From the NCBI GenBank assembly GCA_965219455.1, contig OZ244744.1:352001-416000 (forward strand): a stretch of DNA of 64,000 nucleotides, written 5' to 3'. Shown piece after piece: positions 39,103-48,474 of the stretch; the stretch's first letter is position 1; every line of letters starts with the position of its first letter. Made by a program: the position numbers and the translations under genes. The DNA is from Candidatus Latescibacterota bacterium (GTDB lineage Bacteria > Latescibacterota > UBA2968 > GCA-2709665). The notes below the pieces were generated by a model. It saw only the letters and a list, made by a program, of their open reading frames with translations. It searched no databases and was not told the DNA's origin.

Positions 39103-41454
39103 ATGAACGTCGCCGTCACCGAAGGCGTCTATTCAAAAGACAGCTATGAACCCAACCTCTGCACCCTTCGTGACGACAAAACGTGCTGGACCGGCTGGGC
39201 GGCCTACGGCGCCGCGGGGTCCAGGACATTTGTCCGGAAATTCGTCGGGGAGAACGCCGGTCCCGTGGAGCCGCTGTCCCCCAACAACACCATGCAGACG
39301 CGCCCCATCTGCATCCCGAACGGAGGTCAGTTGGTGTTTGTATGGCTTGAAAAAACCGGCCGGGAATACGCGTTTTGGACCCGCAAACATGATGGAAATG
39401 CGTTCACCCGGTGCCGGAAATGCCACGTCCTGCCCGCTTCGGCGAAGGTCTGGGAGCCGCAGGCCCTCGTCGACGAAAGCGGCGCCCTCTGGATCTGCTG
39501 GGCCCACTCCGTCAGGGGAGACAGCCGCATCGAAATCGTCAGAAACCTCCCCGATGGCGAGACCGCAACGTATTCGATCGGAAACCGGGTACGCTACAAT
39601 TACCGGCCCAGGATGGTCGAACGGGGGTCGGACGGCGTCTACATCATCTGGGACAGCTACGTCGGCCGCACCTACGACGTCTACGGCTGTGCGGTCGATC
39701 CGGCGGGCCCTCGGAAAGAGGTCAAGATCAGCCGCGGCGACGGGTGGGAAAACAGGCCGACCCTCTGCCGGGACGGCGGCGGTGCACTCTGGGCGGTGTG
39801 GGTGCACGGCGTGGACGTTATGTACAGATGCAGCACCCTCCAACAGAAATACTCATTGCGGGGCGCCCGTCTGGACGGTCGGTCCTGGGAGCCCCTGTCG
39901 GGTGCGGAAGGAGGGGCCGACATTGCGCCGCTCCACTACGGGCTGTTAACCGATTTCCCGAAACCGCCCAACCTGGGGCATATGGGCAGGCAGCTCTTCC
40001 CCATTCTCAAGGGCGCCGAAGCCGACGGCGTCTGGCTTTTCTACGAGGTCAAAGCGGACAGCGAGCAGGGCACACTCACGTCCAGGGGCCGCCTCTTCGG
40101 CCATACCTGCGCCGATGGCGTCTGGTCGGATCCGTACGACGTGGCCGAAGGAAACATCTTCTACGAGCTACCCCACAACGGCTCGGTCGGAACGGCGGTC
40201 CACCTCCTGTCCCAGGACATGATCACCGATGAGCGGTACCTGGAAAGGGTCCAACTCTCCACCGACCTCCCCGTTGTGCCTCCTGAAAAACGCCGCATTC
40301 ACCTGACCGAATGGAAGGAAGTCCGGCTTCCGTTCGAGAAACTTCGAGAGACGGGCCGCCCCCGCAACGAGCTTCCCGGCGGGGAGAGCGAAAAATACCA
40401 CCTCTTCTGGGTGGACCTGCACTGCCACTCGGCAGCCTCCATCGAAATGGAAGGTGAGCCGGATGAGTTGGGCCACTACGCCCGGCACAAAGCACAGATC
40501 GACGGGCTGACCGTTTCCGACAACGACTGCTTCTGGAACCTGCCCACCCGTCAGAACGTGCGCCACCTGAAGGACTACGAGTGGGACTACGTCAAAGGCA
40601 ACGCGATGGTCCTCAACGACCCCGGACAGTTCGCCATGTTTCCCGGCTACGAAATGACCATCACCGACCGGGTGGACTCCGGGCGGGACCACCGATCGGT
40701 GATGTCGGGCGACGACGAAATGGAAATGGACCTGCTTCACTTCAAGTACAAGGAGGCCCATACGAAAGGTGAGCGGCATACCCACAAGGACACCGGGGAG
40801 TGTCTCGCCTGGTTCAAAGAAAAGGGCTACCTCTCCCTCCCGCACCCCCACAACGGGAAATGGAACCTCTACGACACGGACGTCGAGTGGGGCATCGACG
40901 TGTGTGCCGCCTGGATGATCAACATCGACCTTTACGACATCTATTTCAGATACCTCGATGCGGGCCATAAATTCGCCTTCACCGGCAGCGGAGACAGCCA
41001 CCACCGAAACCCCGGCTTGAGCGGCGCGCTCACCGGCGTCTGGGCCGAACGCCTGGACCGTGCCGCCTTTCTGAACGCGATCAAAGCGAGACGCTGTTAC
41101 GCAACGGCCGGGCAGAAAATCCTGATCGAATTCACGATCAACGATCAGATGATGGGTAGCTCGCTGGTTGTCGAGGACGACCCGGTGTTGAAGTGGCGCG
41201 TCGTGGGCGAAGCGGGCCGGGAATACATCCTGCGCGTCCACCGGGACGGGCGTCTGATGCACGACGACCGGTTCATCGGCCAGACCCGGGGAGAGCGAAG
41301 AGAATTCCAATTGCGCCGGTATCGCCCCGGAAAGCACTACTACTACCTCGAAGTCCTGTCACCCGACCCCATCCCCCAATACCCGAACAACGTCGCGCAC
41401 GCCATGGGCGCCAGGGGATGGAGCACACCCATCTGGGTGGAGACATCGGAATGA
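39103..41454 (+). CDS. PHP-like metallohydrolase (DUF3604-like) with N-terminal beta-rich domain
   Basis: 'DLHCHS', 'PGYE', 'PHPH', 'GSGDSHH', 'LTGVWA..L....FL.AIKARRCYAT'; AAGGAG RBS. Confidence 0.75.
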   Translation: MNVAVTEGVYSKDSYEPNLCTLRDDKTCWTGWAAYGAAGSRTFVRKFVGENAGPVEPLSPNNTMQTRPICIPNGGQLVFVWLEKTGREYAFWTRKHDGNAFTRCRKCHVLPASAKVWEPQALVDESGALWICWAHSVRGDSRIEIVRNLPDGETATYSIGNRVRYNYRPRMVERGSDGVYIIWDSYVGRTYDVYGCAVDPAGPRKEVKISRGDGWENRPTLCRDGGGALWAVWVHGVDVMYRCSTLQQKYSLRGARLDGRSWEPLSGAEGGADIAPLHYGLLTDFPKPPNLGHMGRQLFPILKGAEADGVWLFYEVKADSEQGTLTSRGRLFGHTCADGVWSDPYDVAEGNIFYELPHNGSVGTAVHLLSQDMITDERYLERVQLSTDLPVVPPEKRRIHLTEWKEVRLPFEKLRETGRPRNELPGGESEKYHLFWVDLHCHSAASIEMEGEPDELGHYARHKAQIDGLTVSDNDCFWNLPTRQNVRHLKDYEWDYVKGNAMVLNDPGQFAMFPGYEMTITDRVDSGRDHRSVMSGDDEMEMDLLHFKYKEAHTKGERHTHKDTGECLAWFKEKGYLSLPHPHNGKWNLYDTDVEWGIDVCAAWMINIDLYDIYFRYLDAGHKFAFTGSGDSHHRNPGLSGALTGVWAERLDRAAFLNAIKARRCYATAGQKILIEFTINDQMMGSSLVVEDDPVLKWRVVGEAGREYILRVHRDGRLMHDDRFIGQTRGERREFQLRRYRPGKHYYYLEVLSPDPIPQYPNNVAHAMGARGWSTPIWVETSE

Positions 41455-41486
41455 CCGCCGCCGTGGTTCACGCGCCCTAAGCATGG

Positions 41487-41518
41487 AAAAAAAAGGGCGG
41501 CCCCGACCGGCCACCCTT
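41487..41518 (-). terminator. Rho-independent terminator downstream of the Nramp-like gene
   Basis: Minus strand gggtggcc-loop-ggccgccc followed by a T8 tract, between convergent genes. Confidence 0.75.
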
Positions 41519-41544
41519 GAACATCTCCACGTCTGTCCGGGTAC

Positions 41545-42888
41545 TTAGCGGGTCCAATTCAAATACAGGTTAACTGCGGTAAAGTTGACGATCGCCCAGA
41601 TCGTCAACAGCAATCCAAGTTCCGTCCAGACGGACATCCGTTCCCTGTCCGCAGCGCGCATCGCCAGGTGCACCACACCGTAGGCCATCGGAATCAGCAG
41701 CAGGTTGTTGGCGTTGGCCCCGATCAGCACCAGGGCAAGCGGCGTATCGGGAGTTGCAACGGTCACACAAAGCCACAGAAACGGAAAGCCGATCTGCAAT
41801 GCCCGCAGCAACCGAAGACGGACCTCGTCGCTATCCAGCCTGGCGACGCCCGTCTGCCTCAGAAAATCCACGCTGATGCGACCTGAACTGGCCGTAAACA
41901 CGAGCAGCGTGGAAAACAGCGTGCAGAAAGCGCCGAACATGAACACGTTTTTCGTCCACGGACCGATACTTCGGGTAAAAATCAGCGAAACCTGCTCCAC
42001 GACCTCCATGCCCTGGGGGACCACGTTCAGCTTCTTCAATATCGAGGCCCCAAGCAAATAGTAGGCGCAGGTAATCACCAATGCGATCCCGGTGCATACC
42101 AGCGCGTCGGTCTTCAGCACCCGCATCCAGCCCCGATACCGCGCCCGCCATTCGGGCGTATCCTCCCGGGGCCCCACAAAATCCGCGTATCCCTTCTCCC
42201 GCACCCAGTATGGATACATAAACAACTCCACCGCAGTCGCGCCCACGGACCCCATCACGGCCAGGGCCACAAACGCCCCGTCCGCGGGCAGGGCAAAGCG
42301 AAACCCCGATAGGACCTCCTCGCCCCCCACGGCGTATGGCGTCGCCTGCATCGCCAACACCGACCCGATTACGACAAGGCTGAAGCCCGCGACCAGTATG
42401 GTGATCATTCGCTCCAGATCGGCGTACAAGCCCCTGTAAAGCAGCGCAGAGATGGCCGCAAAAATCAGCACGGCCCACACGTTGTACGGGACGCCGGGAA
42501 AGAGGGTTACCATCAGTCCGGCCACGGACCCAAGGATGCCGATCACGGCAATCATCACCGAAAAATAACCCAGAACGCACAACCATGCCGCCCAGGAGGT
42601 ATTCACCAGCCGTATCCCGGGCACGCGGTCCAGTACCTGTATCGTCGTGCTGTTGTGCAAAACGCACTGGCGCCCGAGTTCAAGTTGAATGAAGAACTTG
42701 ATCACGCAAGCCAGGATCACCCCCCAGAGAAACGCGAAGCCCACCTCCGCCCCCATGCGCGTGGTCACCAGCAACTCGCCTGAGCCGACGACCGAACCCG
42801 ACACAACCACGCCCGGTCCGATATTCCGCAGCAATCCCCCCACGCCCCGCGGCGCCTCTCGAACCGGCCGCTCAGCTGTATTCTCCAT
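41545..42888 (-). CDS. Nramp-family-like transporter
   Basis: 'IGPGVVVSGSVVGSGEL', about 11 TM segments, 'YPYWVREKG'. Confidence 0.82.
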   Translation of the reverse strand: MENTAERPVREAPRGVGGLLRNIGPGVVVSGSVVGSGELLVTTRMGAEVGFAFLWGVILACVIKFFIQLELGRQCVLHNSTTIQVLDRVPGIRLVNTSWAAWLCVLGYFSVMIAVIGILGSVAGLMVTLFPGVPYNVWAVLIFAAISALLYRGLYADLERMITILVAGFSLVVIGSVLAMQATPYAVGGEEVLSGFRFALPADGAFVALAVMGSVGATAVELFMYPYWVREKGYADFVGPREDTPEWRARYRGWMRVLKTDALVCTGIALVITCAYYLLGASILKKLNVVPQGMEVVEQVSLIFTRSIGPWTKNVFMFGAFCTLFSTLLVFTASSGRISVDFLRQTGVARLDSDEVRLRLLRALQIGFPFLWLCVTVATPDTPLALVLIGANANNLLLIPMAYGVVHLAMRAADRERMSVWTELGLLLTIWAIVNFTAVNLYLNWTR

Positions 42889-42983
42889 AAACGAACCCCG
42901 CGACTTTATCCGACACTGCACAGTTTACGATGAGCCGAATGCCGCATGCCCGGACGAGGCCGGCACACACCCCGCGCCTGGCA

Positions 42984-44318
42984 TTAGTAGACCGGCAGAT
43001 AGCGTTCACGCTCCCACTGGTCGACGTGCAGATGGTACTCCGCCCACTCTTCGCGCTTCACCTGCACGTAATAGTCAGCATACTCCGTACCCAGCGCTTC
43101 CCGGACCACATCGTCGGCCGCCAGGTGATCGGCCGCCTCCGCGAGGGTACCCGGCAGCAGGTCGATACCCCGCGCTTGCAACTCGCTCTCGGGCACCTCG
43201 TAGAGATTGCCCTCGTTGCGCTCGCCCGGTTCCATGCGGTTTTCGATGCCATCGAGCCCGGCCGCCAGCATCGCCGCGGCCGTCAGATATGGATTGGCCG
43301 CCCCGTCGACGGCCCGATTCTCGATACGGCCCGCGTCCGGGATTCGAATCATCTGTGTCCGGTTTGATCCGCCATAGGTGATGCAGATCGGCGCCCAGGA
43401 CGCGCCCGAACGCGGTGCGCCCCTCGTGAGGCGCTTGTAGCTGTTCACCAGAGGCGCGGAAACGGCCGAAATCCCCTTTGCATGGTTAAGGATCCCTGCC
43501 ATAAACCAGTAGGCTTCCTTCGACAGGCCGTTTTCATCCGCCTCGTCGAGGAACAGGTTCGTCCTGTTCTCAGGATCCCACAGGCTCAGGTGATAATGCG
43601 CTCCGCTTCCCGTGAGATGAGAAAACGGCTTCGGCATAAAGGTCGCGTGGTATCCGTGCCGCTCCGCGTTTACTTTCACCATCCATCTGAAAAAGGTCTG
43701 TCGATCGGCGGTCGTCAGCGCGTCGGAATAGGTCCAGTTGATCTCGAACTGGCAATTTGCGTCTTCGTGGTCGTTGGCATAGGGTTCCCAACCCAGTTCC
43801 TGCATATATCCGATCAGCGTGGTCATCACATCCAGGTTGCGATGCAAGGTTACGAGATCGTAGCAGGGCTTCTCCAATGTGTCCAGCGGATCGGCCAGCG
43901 CATAATTGTTCCGGTCGTCTTTTTTCAGGAGGATGAACTCCGCTTCCACGCCCAGATTCAACCGATATCCCTTCGCCTCCGCCCGTGCAAGTTGCCGTTG
44001 CAGAATCGTGCGCGGACAGTACCCGAAAGGCTCTCCCTCGACCTGGATATTGCCCGCCACCCACGCCGTATTCTTGCGCCACGGCAATACGGTCATTGAA
44101 TTAAAATCCGGTATATTCATCATATCGGAATCGTGCGGCCCCTGCCCCATATTCCCGGCCGCGAACCCCGCGAATCCCGCGCCATCCGAGGCCATATCGT
44201 CAAGGTGTGTGACGGGCACCACCTTGGCCTTTGGCATCCCGCCCATCTCCACAAACGAACACAGAAAGAAGTCTACTCCATTCCTGGCTACGAATTCTTT
44301 TACCTGGTCCAGCGTCAT
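42984..44318 (-). CDS. gmaS: Gamma-glutamylmethylamide synthetase (GlnT-type glutamate-ammonia ligase)
   Basis: 'KAKVVP..HL.....DGAGFAGFA', 'NDHEDANCQFEINW', 'ATFMPKPF'; context with mgsC and tdm; start revised to 44318. Confidence 0.88.
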   Translation of the reverse strand: MTLDQVKEFVARNGVDFFLCSFVEMGGMPKAKVVPVTHLDDMASDGAGFAGFAAGNMGQGPHDSDMMNIPDFNSMTVLPWRKNTAWVAGNIQVEGEPFGYCPRTILQRQLARAEAKGYRLNLGVEAEFILLKKDDRNNYALADPLDTLEKPCYDLVTLHRNLDVMTTLIGYMQELGWEPYANDHEDANCQFEINWTYSDALTTADRQTFFRWMVKVNAERHGYHATFMPKPFSHLTGSGAHYHLSLWDPENRTNLFLDEADENGLSKEAYWFMAGILNHAKGISAVSAPLVNSYKRLTRGAPRSGASWAPICITYGGSNRTQMIRIPDAGRIENRAVDGAANPYLTAAAMLAAGLDGIENRMEPGERNEGNLYEVPESELQARGIDLLPGTLAEAADHLAADDVVREALGTEYADYYVQVKREEWAEYHLHVDQWERERYLPVY

Positions 44319-44338
44319 CGTCTGATCTCCCTCAAAAA

Positions 44339-44575
44339 TCAAGGTTGGGAATTCTTGCCCTCGCCTTCTATTGCCGTTGCGAGATGACTCGCCTCGGCCA
44401 ACTGATCCAACTCGTCCTGATAATTTGCTCTCTCGTGTCTGATCTGCCAGAATGTGTACGCTATCCACAAGCCAAGACAAAACACGAAGAGAGGAACCTC
44501 GTACCCGACAAAGGGATACATCGGACCCACGTCGGCCGGATTCCCCACCCACGTGTCTATCAAACCCGTGCTCAT
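44339..44575 (-). CDS. Small single-TM membrane protein (78 aa)
   Basis: AAGGAGG RBS; 'DVGPMYPFVGYE' followed by a TM ending 'WQIRHE'. Confidence 0.75.
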   Translation of the reverse strand: MSTGLIDTWVGNPADVGPMYPFVGYEVPLFVFCLGLWIAYTFWQIRHERANYQDELDQLAEASHLATAIEGEGKNSQP

Positions 44576-44722
44576 CTGCCGCCTCCTTACATTGGTGTGT
44601 TTACAAATACGAGTCGTTTCATTCGGGACCGCAAGCGAAGCGTCTCAGATCGGGAATTGACGGATTTCCAACCTGCCCTGCTCGTTGGAAATGGCGATCG
44701 CCACCGATATCGGCTCTCGGCG

Positions 44723-46408
44723 TCAGAACAGACCGACGGTCTGTCCCGCTTCATCGAAATCGATCGCTTCTGCCGAAGGCTTTCGTGGAAGCCCGGGCAT
44801 CGTCATGACGTCACCCGTGAACACCACCACAAAACCGGCCCCTGCAGACACCCGCACGTCGCGGATGGGCACGTCGAAACCCGTGGGTCTTCCCTTCAGC
44901 TTCGGATCGGTCGAGAGCGAATACTGTGTCTTGGCCATGCACACCGGCAGACGCCCGTAACCCTGTTCATCGAGCCTTTTGAACCGGGCTCTCAAGCGCT
45001 TGTCTCCCATAATATCGTCGGCGCCGTAAATTTTCCGGGCTACAATTCGTGCTTTATCCCACAACCGCCGATTATCAGGATAGAGAAGGGTGAAATCGGA
45101 GGTCGCCGTCTCTGCTGCTTCAACCACCGCGCGTGCAAGCGCTTCGGCCCCGACCCCGCCTCTCGCCCAGTGTTCCGATGGCACGATCGGGACTCCCAGG
45201 CAGACGGATTTTTCCTGTATTAACCTTACTTCTTCGGACGTGTCAGACAGAAAGACGTTTACGGCCACGACAACGGGCAAGTCGAAAAGCCGGATATTCT
45301 CGATATGCTTCTTCAGATTCTCCAACCCCTTTTCAGTCGCAGACATGTTGGGCAGTTCGAGCTGCCTGACCGGAATTCCGCCATGGTATTTCAACCCACG
45401 GACGGTGGCCACCAGCACAACCGCGTCGGGCCGGATGCCAGCCTGCCGGCACTTGATGTTCAGGAACTTCTCCGCGCCAAGATCCGCGCCGAATCCGGCC
45501 TCGGTCACCGTATACTCGGAAAGGCGCATCGCCAGCTTGGTCGCAATCACCGAATTGCAGCCGTGCGCGATATTGGCGAACGGGCCCCCGTGAACAATGG
45601 CCGGGTTGTTCTCGAGTGTCTGGACCAGATTCGGCTTTAATGCGTCTCTCAACAGCACGGCCATCGCCCCGTGCACGTTGAGATCTGCTGCCGTGAGCGG
45701 TTCGTTTGCCCGCGTGTACGCCACGATGATCCGACCCAATCGCTCCCGCAGTTCCCCAAGCGATTCTGACAGGCAAAGGATCGCCATCACCTCGGATGCG
45801 ACCGTAATTTCAAACCCCGATTCACGGGGATAGGAATTCCCCGTACCTCCCAGACCGATAACGGTTTCCCGCAGCGCCCGGTCGTTCATGTCCATCACGC
45901 GCTTCCACAGGATGCGCCGGGGATCGATGTCCAGCCTGTTCCGGTGATGAATATGATTGTCAATCGCCGCGGCCAACAGATTGTGGGCGACACCGATAGC
46001 ATGGATATCGCCCGTAAAGTGCAGGTTGATGTCCTCCATCGGCGCAACTTGAGACGCGCCGCCGCCTGCAGCGCCGCCCTTCATGCCGAAACAGGGACCC
46101 AGAGAAGGCTCCCGGAGACAGATGACCGCTGGCTTTCCCAGCCGATTCAGCGCATCACCCAGACCCACGGTTGTGGTTGTCTTGCCCTCTCCGGCAGGCG
46201 TCGGATTGATCGCCGAGACCAGCACCAGCTTGCCCGTGGAATTTCCGGCCACGCTGTCGTAAAAGTCCATCGAAACCTTGGCCTTGTACCTGCCGTAGAT
46301 TTCGAGCTGATCTTCGGGTACCCCCAATGTTTGCGCGACCTCGCCGACATGAAGCAAATCGGCTTGCCTCGCGATTTCGATGTCCGGCAACACGCCATGA
46401 TCGCGCAT
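44723..46408 (-). CDS. fhs: Formate--tetrahydrofolate ligase
   Basis: '[11 protein letters not shown]', '[10 protein letters not shown]', '[14 protein letters not shown]', 'CMAKTQYS'. Confidence 0.97.
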   Translation of the reverse strand: MRDHGVLPDIEIARQADLLHVGEVAQTLGVPEDQLEIYGRYKAKVSMDFYDSVAGNSTGKLVLVSAINPTPAGEGKTTTTVGLGDALNRLGKPAVICLREPSLGPCFGMKGGAAGGGASQVAPMEDINLHFTGDIHAIGVAHNLLAAAIDNHIHHRNRLDIDPRRILWKRVMDMNDRALRETVIGLGGTGNSYPRESGFEITVASEVMAILCLSESLGELRERLGRIIVAYTRANEPLTAADLNVHGAMAVLLRDALKPNLVQTLENNPAIVHGGPFANIAHGCNSVIATKLAMRLSEYTVTEAGFGADLGAEKFLNIKCRQAGIRPDAVVLVATVRGLKYHGGIPVRQLELPNMSATEKGLENLKKHIENIRLFDLPVVVAVNVFLSDTSEEVRLIQEKSVCLGVPIVPSEHWARGGVGAEALARAVVEAAETATSDFTLLYPDNRRLWDKARIVARKIYGADDIMGDKRLRARFKRLDEQGYGRLPVCMAKTQYSLSTDPKLKGRPTGFDVPIRDVRVSAGAGFVVVFTGDVMTMPGLPRKPSAEAIDFDEAGQTVGLF

Positions 46409-46417
46409 AGGTCCTCT

Positions 46418-47812
46418 CTAGTTTCCCCTTTGCGCTTCATCGATTTCCACCTGAACGAGTTCGTTTGCGTCCGCCGTTTCGTTCTCGATCGTCCGGTGAT
46501 CCATACCCGCCAGTTCAATTCGCCTCGGGATGCGGAGAACCCCAAGCTTCTTGAGGATTGCCCCCACGACGTAACACGGCAGAAAACCCAGCACAAAAAA
46601 CATGATGACGGCCCCGAGCGTCTGTCCCCACGGCGTAATCGGCGCGTAAGCGGGATTCGCACCCGGATACCCCCAAAGTACGAATCCTGCGACGATCACC
46701 CCGATGACCCCGGCATATCCATGTACCGCCACGGCGCCCACGGCATCGTCAATTCTGAAACGGCGTTCGATCCAGTTGTGCAACTTGTAGATGCAGAACG
46801 TACCGAATGCGCCGATGAGAAGCGCCTGCATCGGATGGTACAGGTCGTTTCCCGCCGATGCCGTGATGATGCCCGCCAATCCGCCGGAGAAGGTCCAGTA
46901 CGGATCGCCTTTGGACACGAAATACCCCATCATCAATCCGCCCGCAAGGGACATTAGAAAATTAAAGGTGATGGCGCTGAGCGTCGTCGGCGTAAGATAA
47001 ATCGTAGTGGCCGAAAAGAACGACCGGCCGTCCGCGGGATCGATGTCCATAATGGGCACGTTGCAAGCCGCATAGAAGCCCCAGAATCCCGTATAAATCA
47101 AAAACAGCCCGATGATCACCAGCCAGGTGTTGTGCGGCGGGAAATTTCTCGGTGACCCGTCCGGCTTGAACCTGCCGATGCGCGGCCCCAGGTGATAAAG
47201 AATCGCCAGCGCGGACCCGCCGCAGATCGCGTGGATCACGCCGGACGCGTACGCATCGTGATACCCCAGTACCTGCACCATCCAACCGTCTGCGGACCAT
47301 CCCCACGCCGCGTCGACTACCCACGTTACCGATCCCACCAACACCGCAAAAATCCAGAATGCGCTGGATCGGATGCGTTCAATCACCGCGCCCGAAAGAA
47401 TCGATCCCGCCGTCCATGCAAACAACAGAAACGCCGCCCAGAACACGCCGTTCAACCGCGCCCAGAGCGCCGTATCGGCCCCTGTCAACCCCCCTCCATG
47501 CGGCTTTCCTCCCATATGTGTTCCCATCAGCTCATTCCAGGGCGCAGCCCATGCGGCTTCGATAAGCCCACCCGTGATCCCGGGCCCGTTTTGAACCGCG
47601 AAATAGATCCACCACCCGAAAAAATAGAACGTGACGGTTACCAGAGGAATCAGCATCGCGTTCTTCATCAGGGTGTGCATCATATTCTTCCGCCTGGACA
47701 CGCCGACTTCGTACAGACAAAACCCGACATGGATCAGGAACATGAGCACGATGCATATCCAGTAATAGAACTCTGTAAACACAACGGTCAATGCACTGAG
47801 TTCGTTATCCAT
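46418..47812 (-). CDS. amt: Ammonium/methylammonium transporter (Amt family)
   Basis: About 11 TM segments; twin His in 'SGVIH' and 'DDAVGAVAVHG'; 'SGAVIER'; 'LGPRIGRF'. Confidence 0.9.
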   Translation of the reverse strand: MDNELSALTVVFTEFYYWICIVLMFLIHVGFCLYEVGVSRRKNMMHTLMKNAMLIPLVTVTFYFFGWWIYFAVQNGPGITGGLIEAAWAAPWNELMGTHMGGKPHGGGLTGADTALWARLNGVFWAAFLLFAWTAGSILSGAVIERIRSSAFWIFAVLVGSVTWVVDAAWGWSADGWMVQVLGYHDAYASGVIHAICGGSALAILYHLGPRIGRFKPDGSPRNFPPHNTWLVIIGLFLIYTGFWGFYAACNVPIMDIDPADGRSFFSATTIYLTPTTLSAITFNFLMSLAGGLMMGYFVSKGDPYWTFSGGLAGIITASAGNDLYHPMQALLIGAFGTFCIYKLHNWIERRFRIDDAVGAVAVHGYAGVIGVIVAGFVLWGYPGANPAYAPITPWGQTLGAVIMFFVLGFLPCYVVGAILKKLGVLRIPRRIELAGMDHRTIENETADANELVQVEIDEAQRGN

Positions 47813-47866
47813 ATCTACCCCCCGTTTAAACTTGAGGAAAACCCTCAGGCATAAGAAAGAAGCTCT

Positions 47867-48355
47867 TCAGACTTTGGCCGACCCTTCCGACATCCGGCAA
47901 TACTTCCCGCGGTAAAACAGCAGCGGACGACCCGCGCCCGCATCGCCCGCTACAATCTCACCAACGAAAATGTCGTGGTCCCCGGCTCGCAACACGTCGA
48001 CCAGCAGACACTCCACGTGGCCCAGCGCGTCCACGAAAACCGGCGCACCTGTCCGGTTCGTGGTTGTGGCCACGTTTGAAAAATCCTTGGGACCCGGTCT
48101 GGCAAACTGCGTGGAAAGCGCTTCCTGATCCTCGCTGAGAATATTCAATGCAAAAACCCTGCTTCCACTCAGATGGGCGTGCATCTGCGCCCCTTTGTCC
48201 ACGGCCACCATGACCAGCGGCGGATCCAGCGACAGCGAGGTCACCGCATTGGCCGTCATCCCCCGCGATTCGCCGCCTGCAACCGTCGTCACAACGGTTA
48301 CGCCGGTTGCAAAACAACCCATAATGCGGCGTTGCTCCATCGGGTCGAACGCCAT
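47867..48355 (-). CDS. Flavin reductase (HpaC/RutF-like)
   Basis: 'FATGVTVVT', 'GMTANAVTSLSLDPP', 'GDH', 'PLLFYRG'. Confidence 0.93.
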   Translation of the reverse strand: MAFDPMEQRRIMGCFATGVTVVTTVAGGESRGMTANAVTSLSLDPPLVMVAVDKGAQMHAHLSGSRVFALNILSEDQEALSTQFARPGPKDFSNVATTTNRTGAPVFVDALGHVECLLVDVLRAGDHDIFVGEIVAGDAGAGRPLLFYRGKYCRMSEGSAKV

Positions 48356-48474
48356 TCCAATACCCTTTCAGCGAAAGCGGTGTCGCATACGGCGCCGTCC
48401 GCCGCCGGACATCCGGGCCCCTCGAACGGGGCCGCCGTGATGACCGGTGAAGAGTAGCAGATTCTGCTTTGTGA

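Noticed and set aside
42984-44318. Annotation as ordinary glutamine synthetase (and 52918-54288 as glutamate synthase)
   Set aside because: The GAGFAGFA motif, the stand-alone FMN subunit and the tdm/amt/fhs context fit the GMA/N-methylglutamate pathway better.
44319-44552. N-terminal extension of the 522-aa GmaS ORF
   Set aside because: It overlaps the small TM gene. The family-like sequence and RBS point to ATG 44318.
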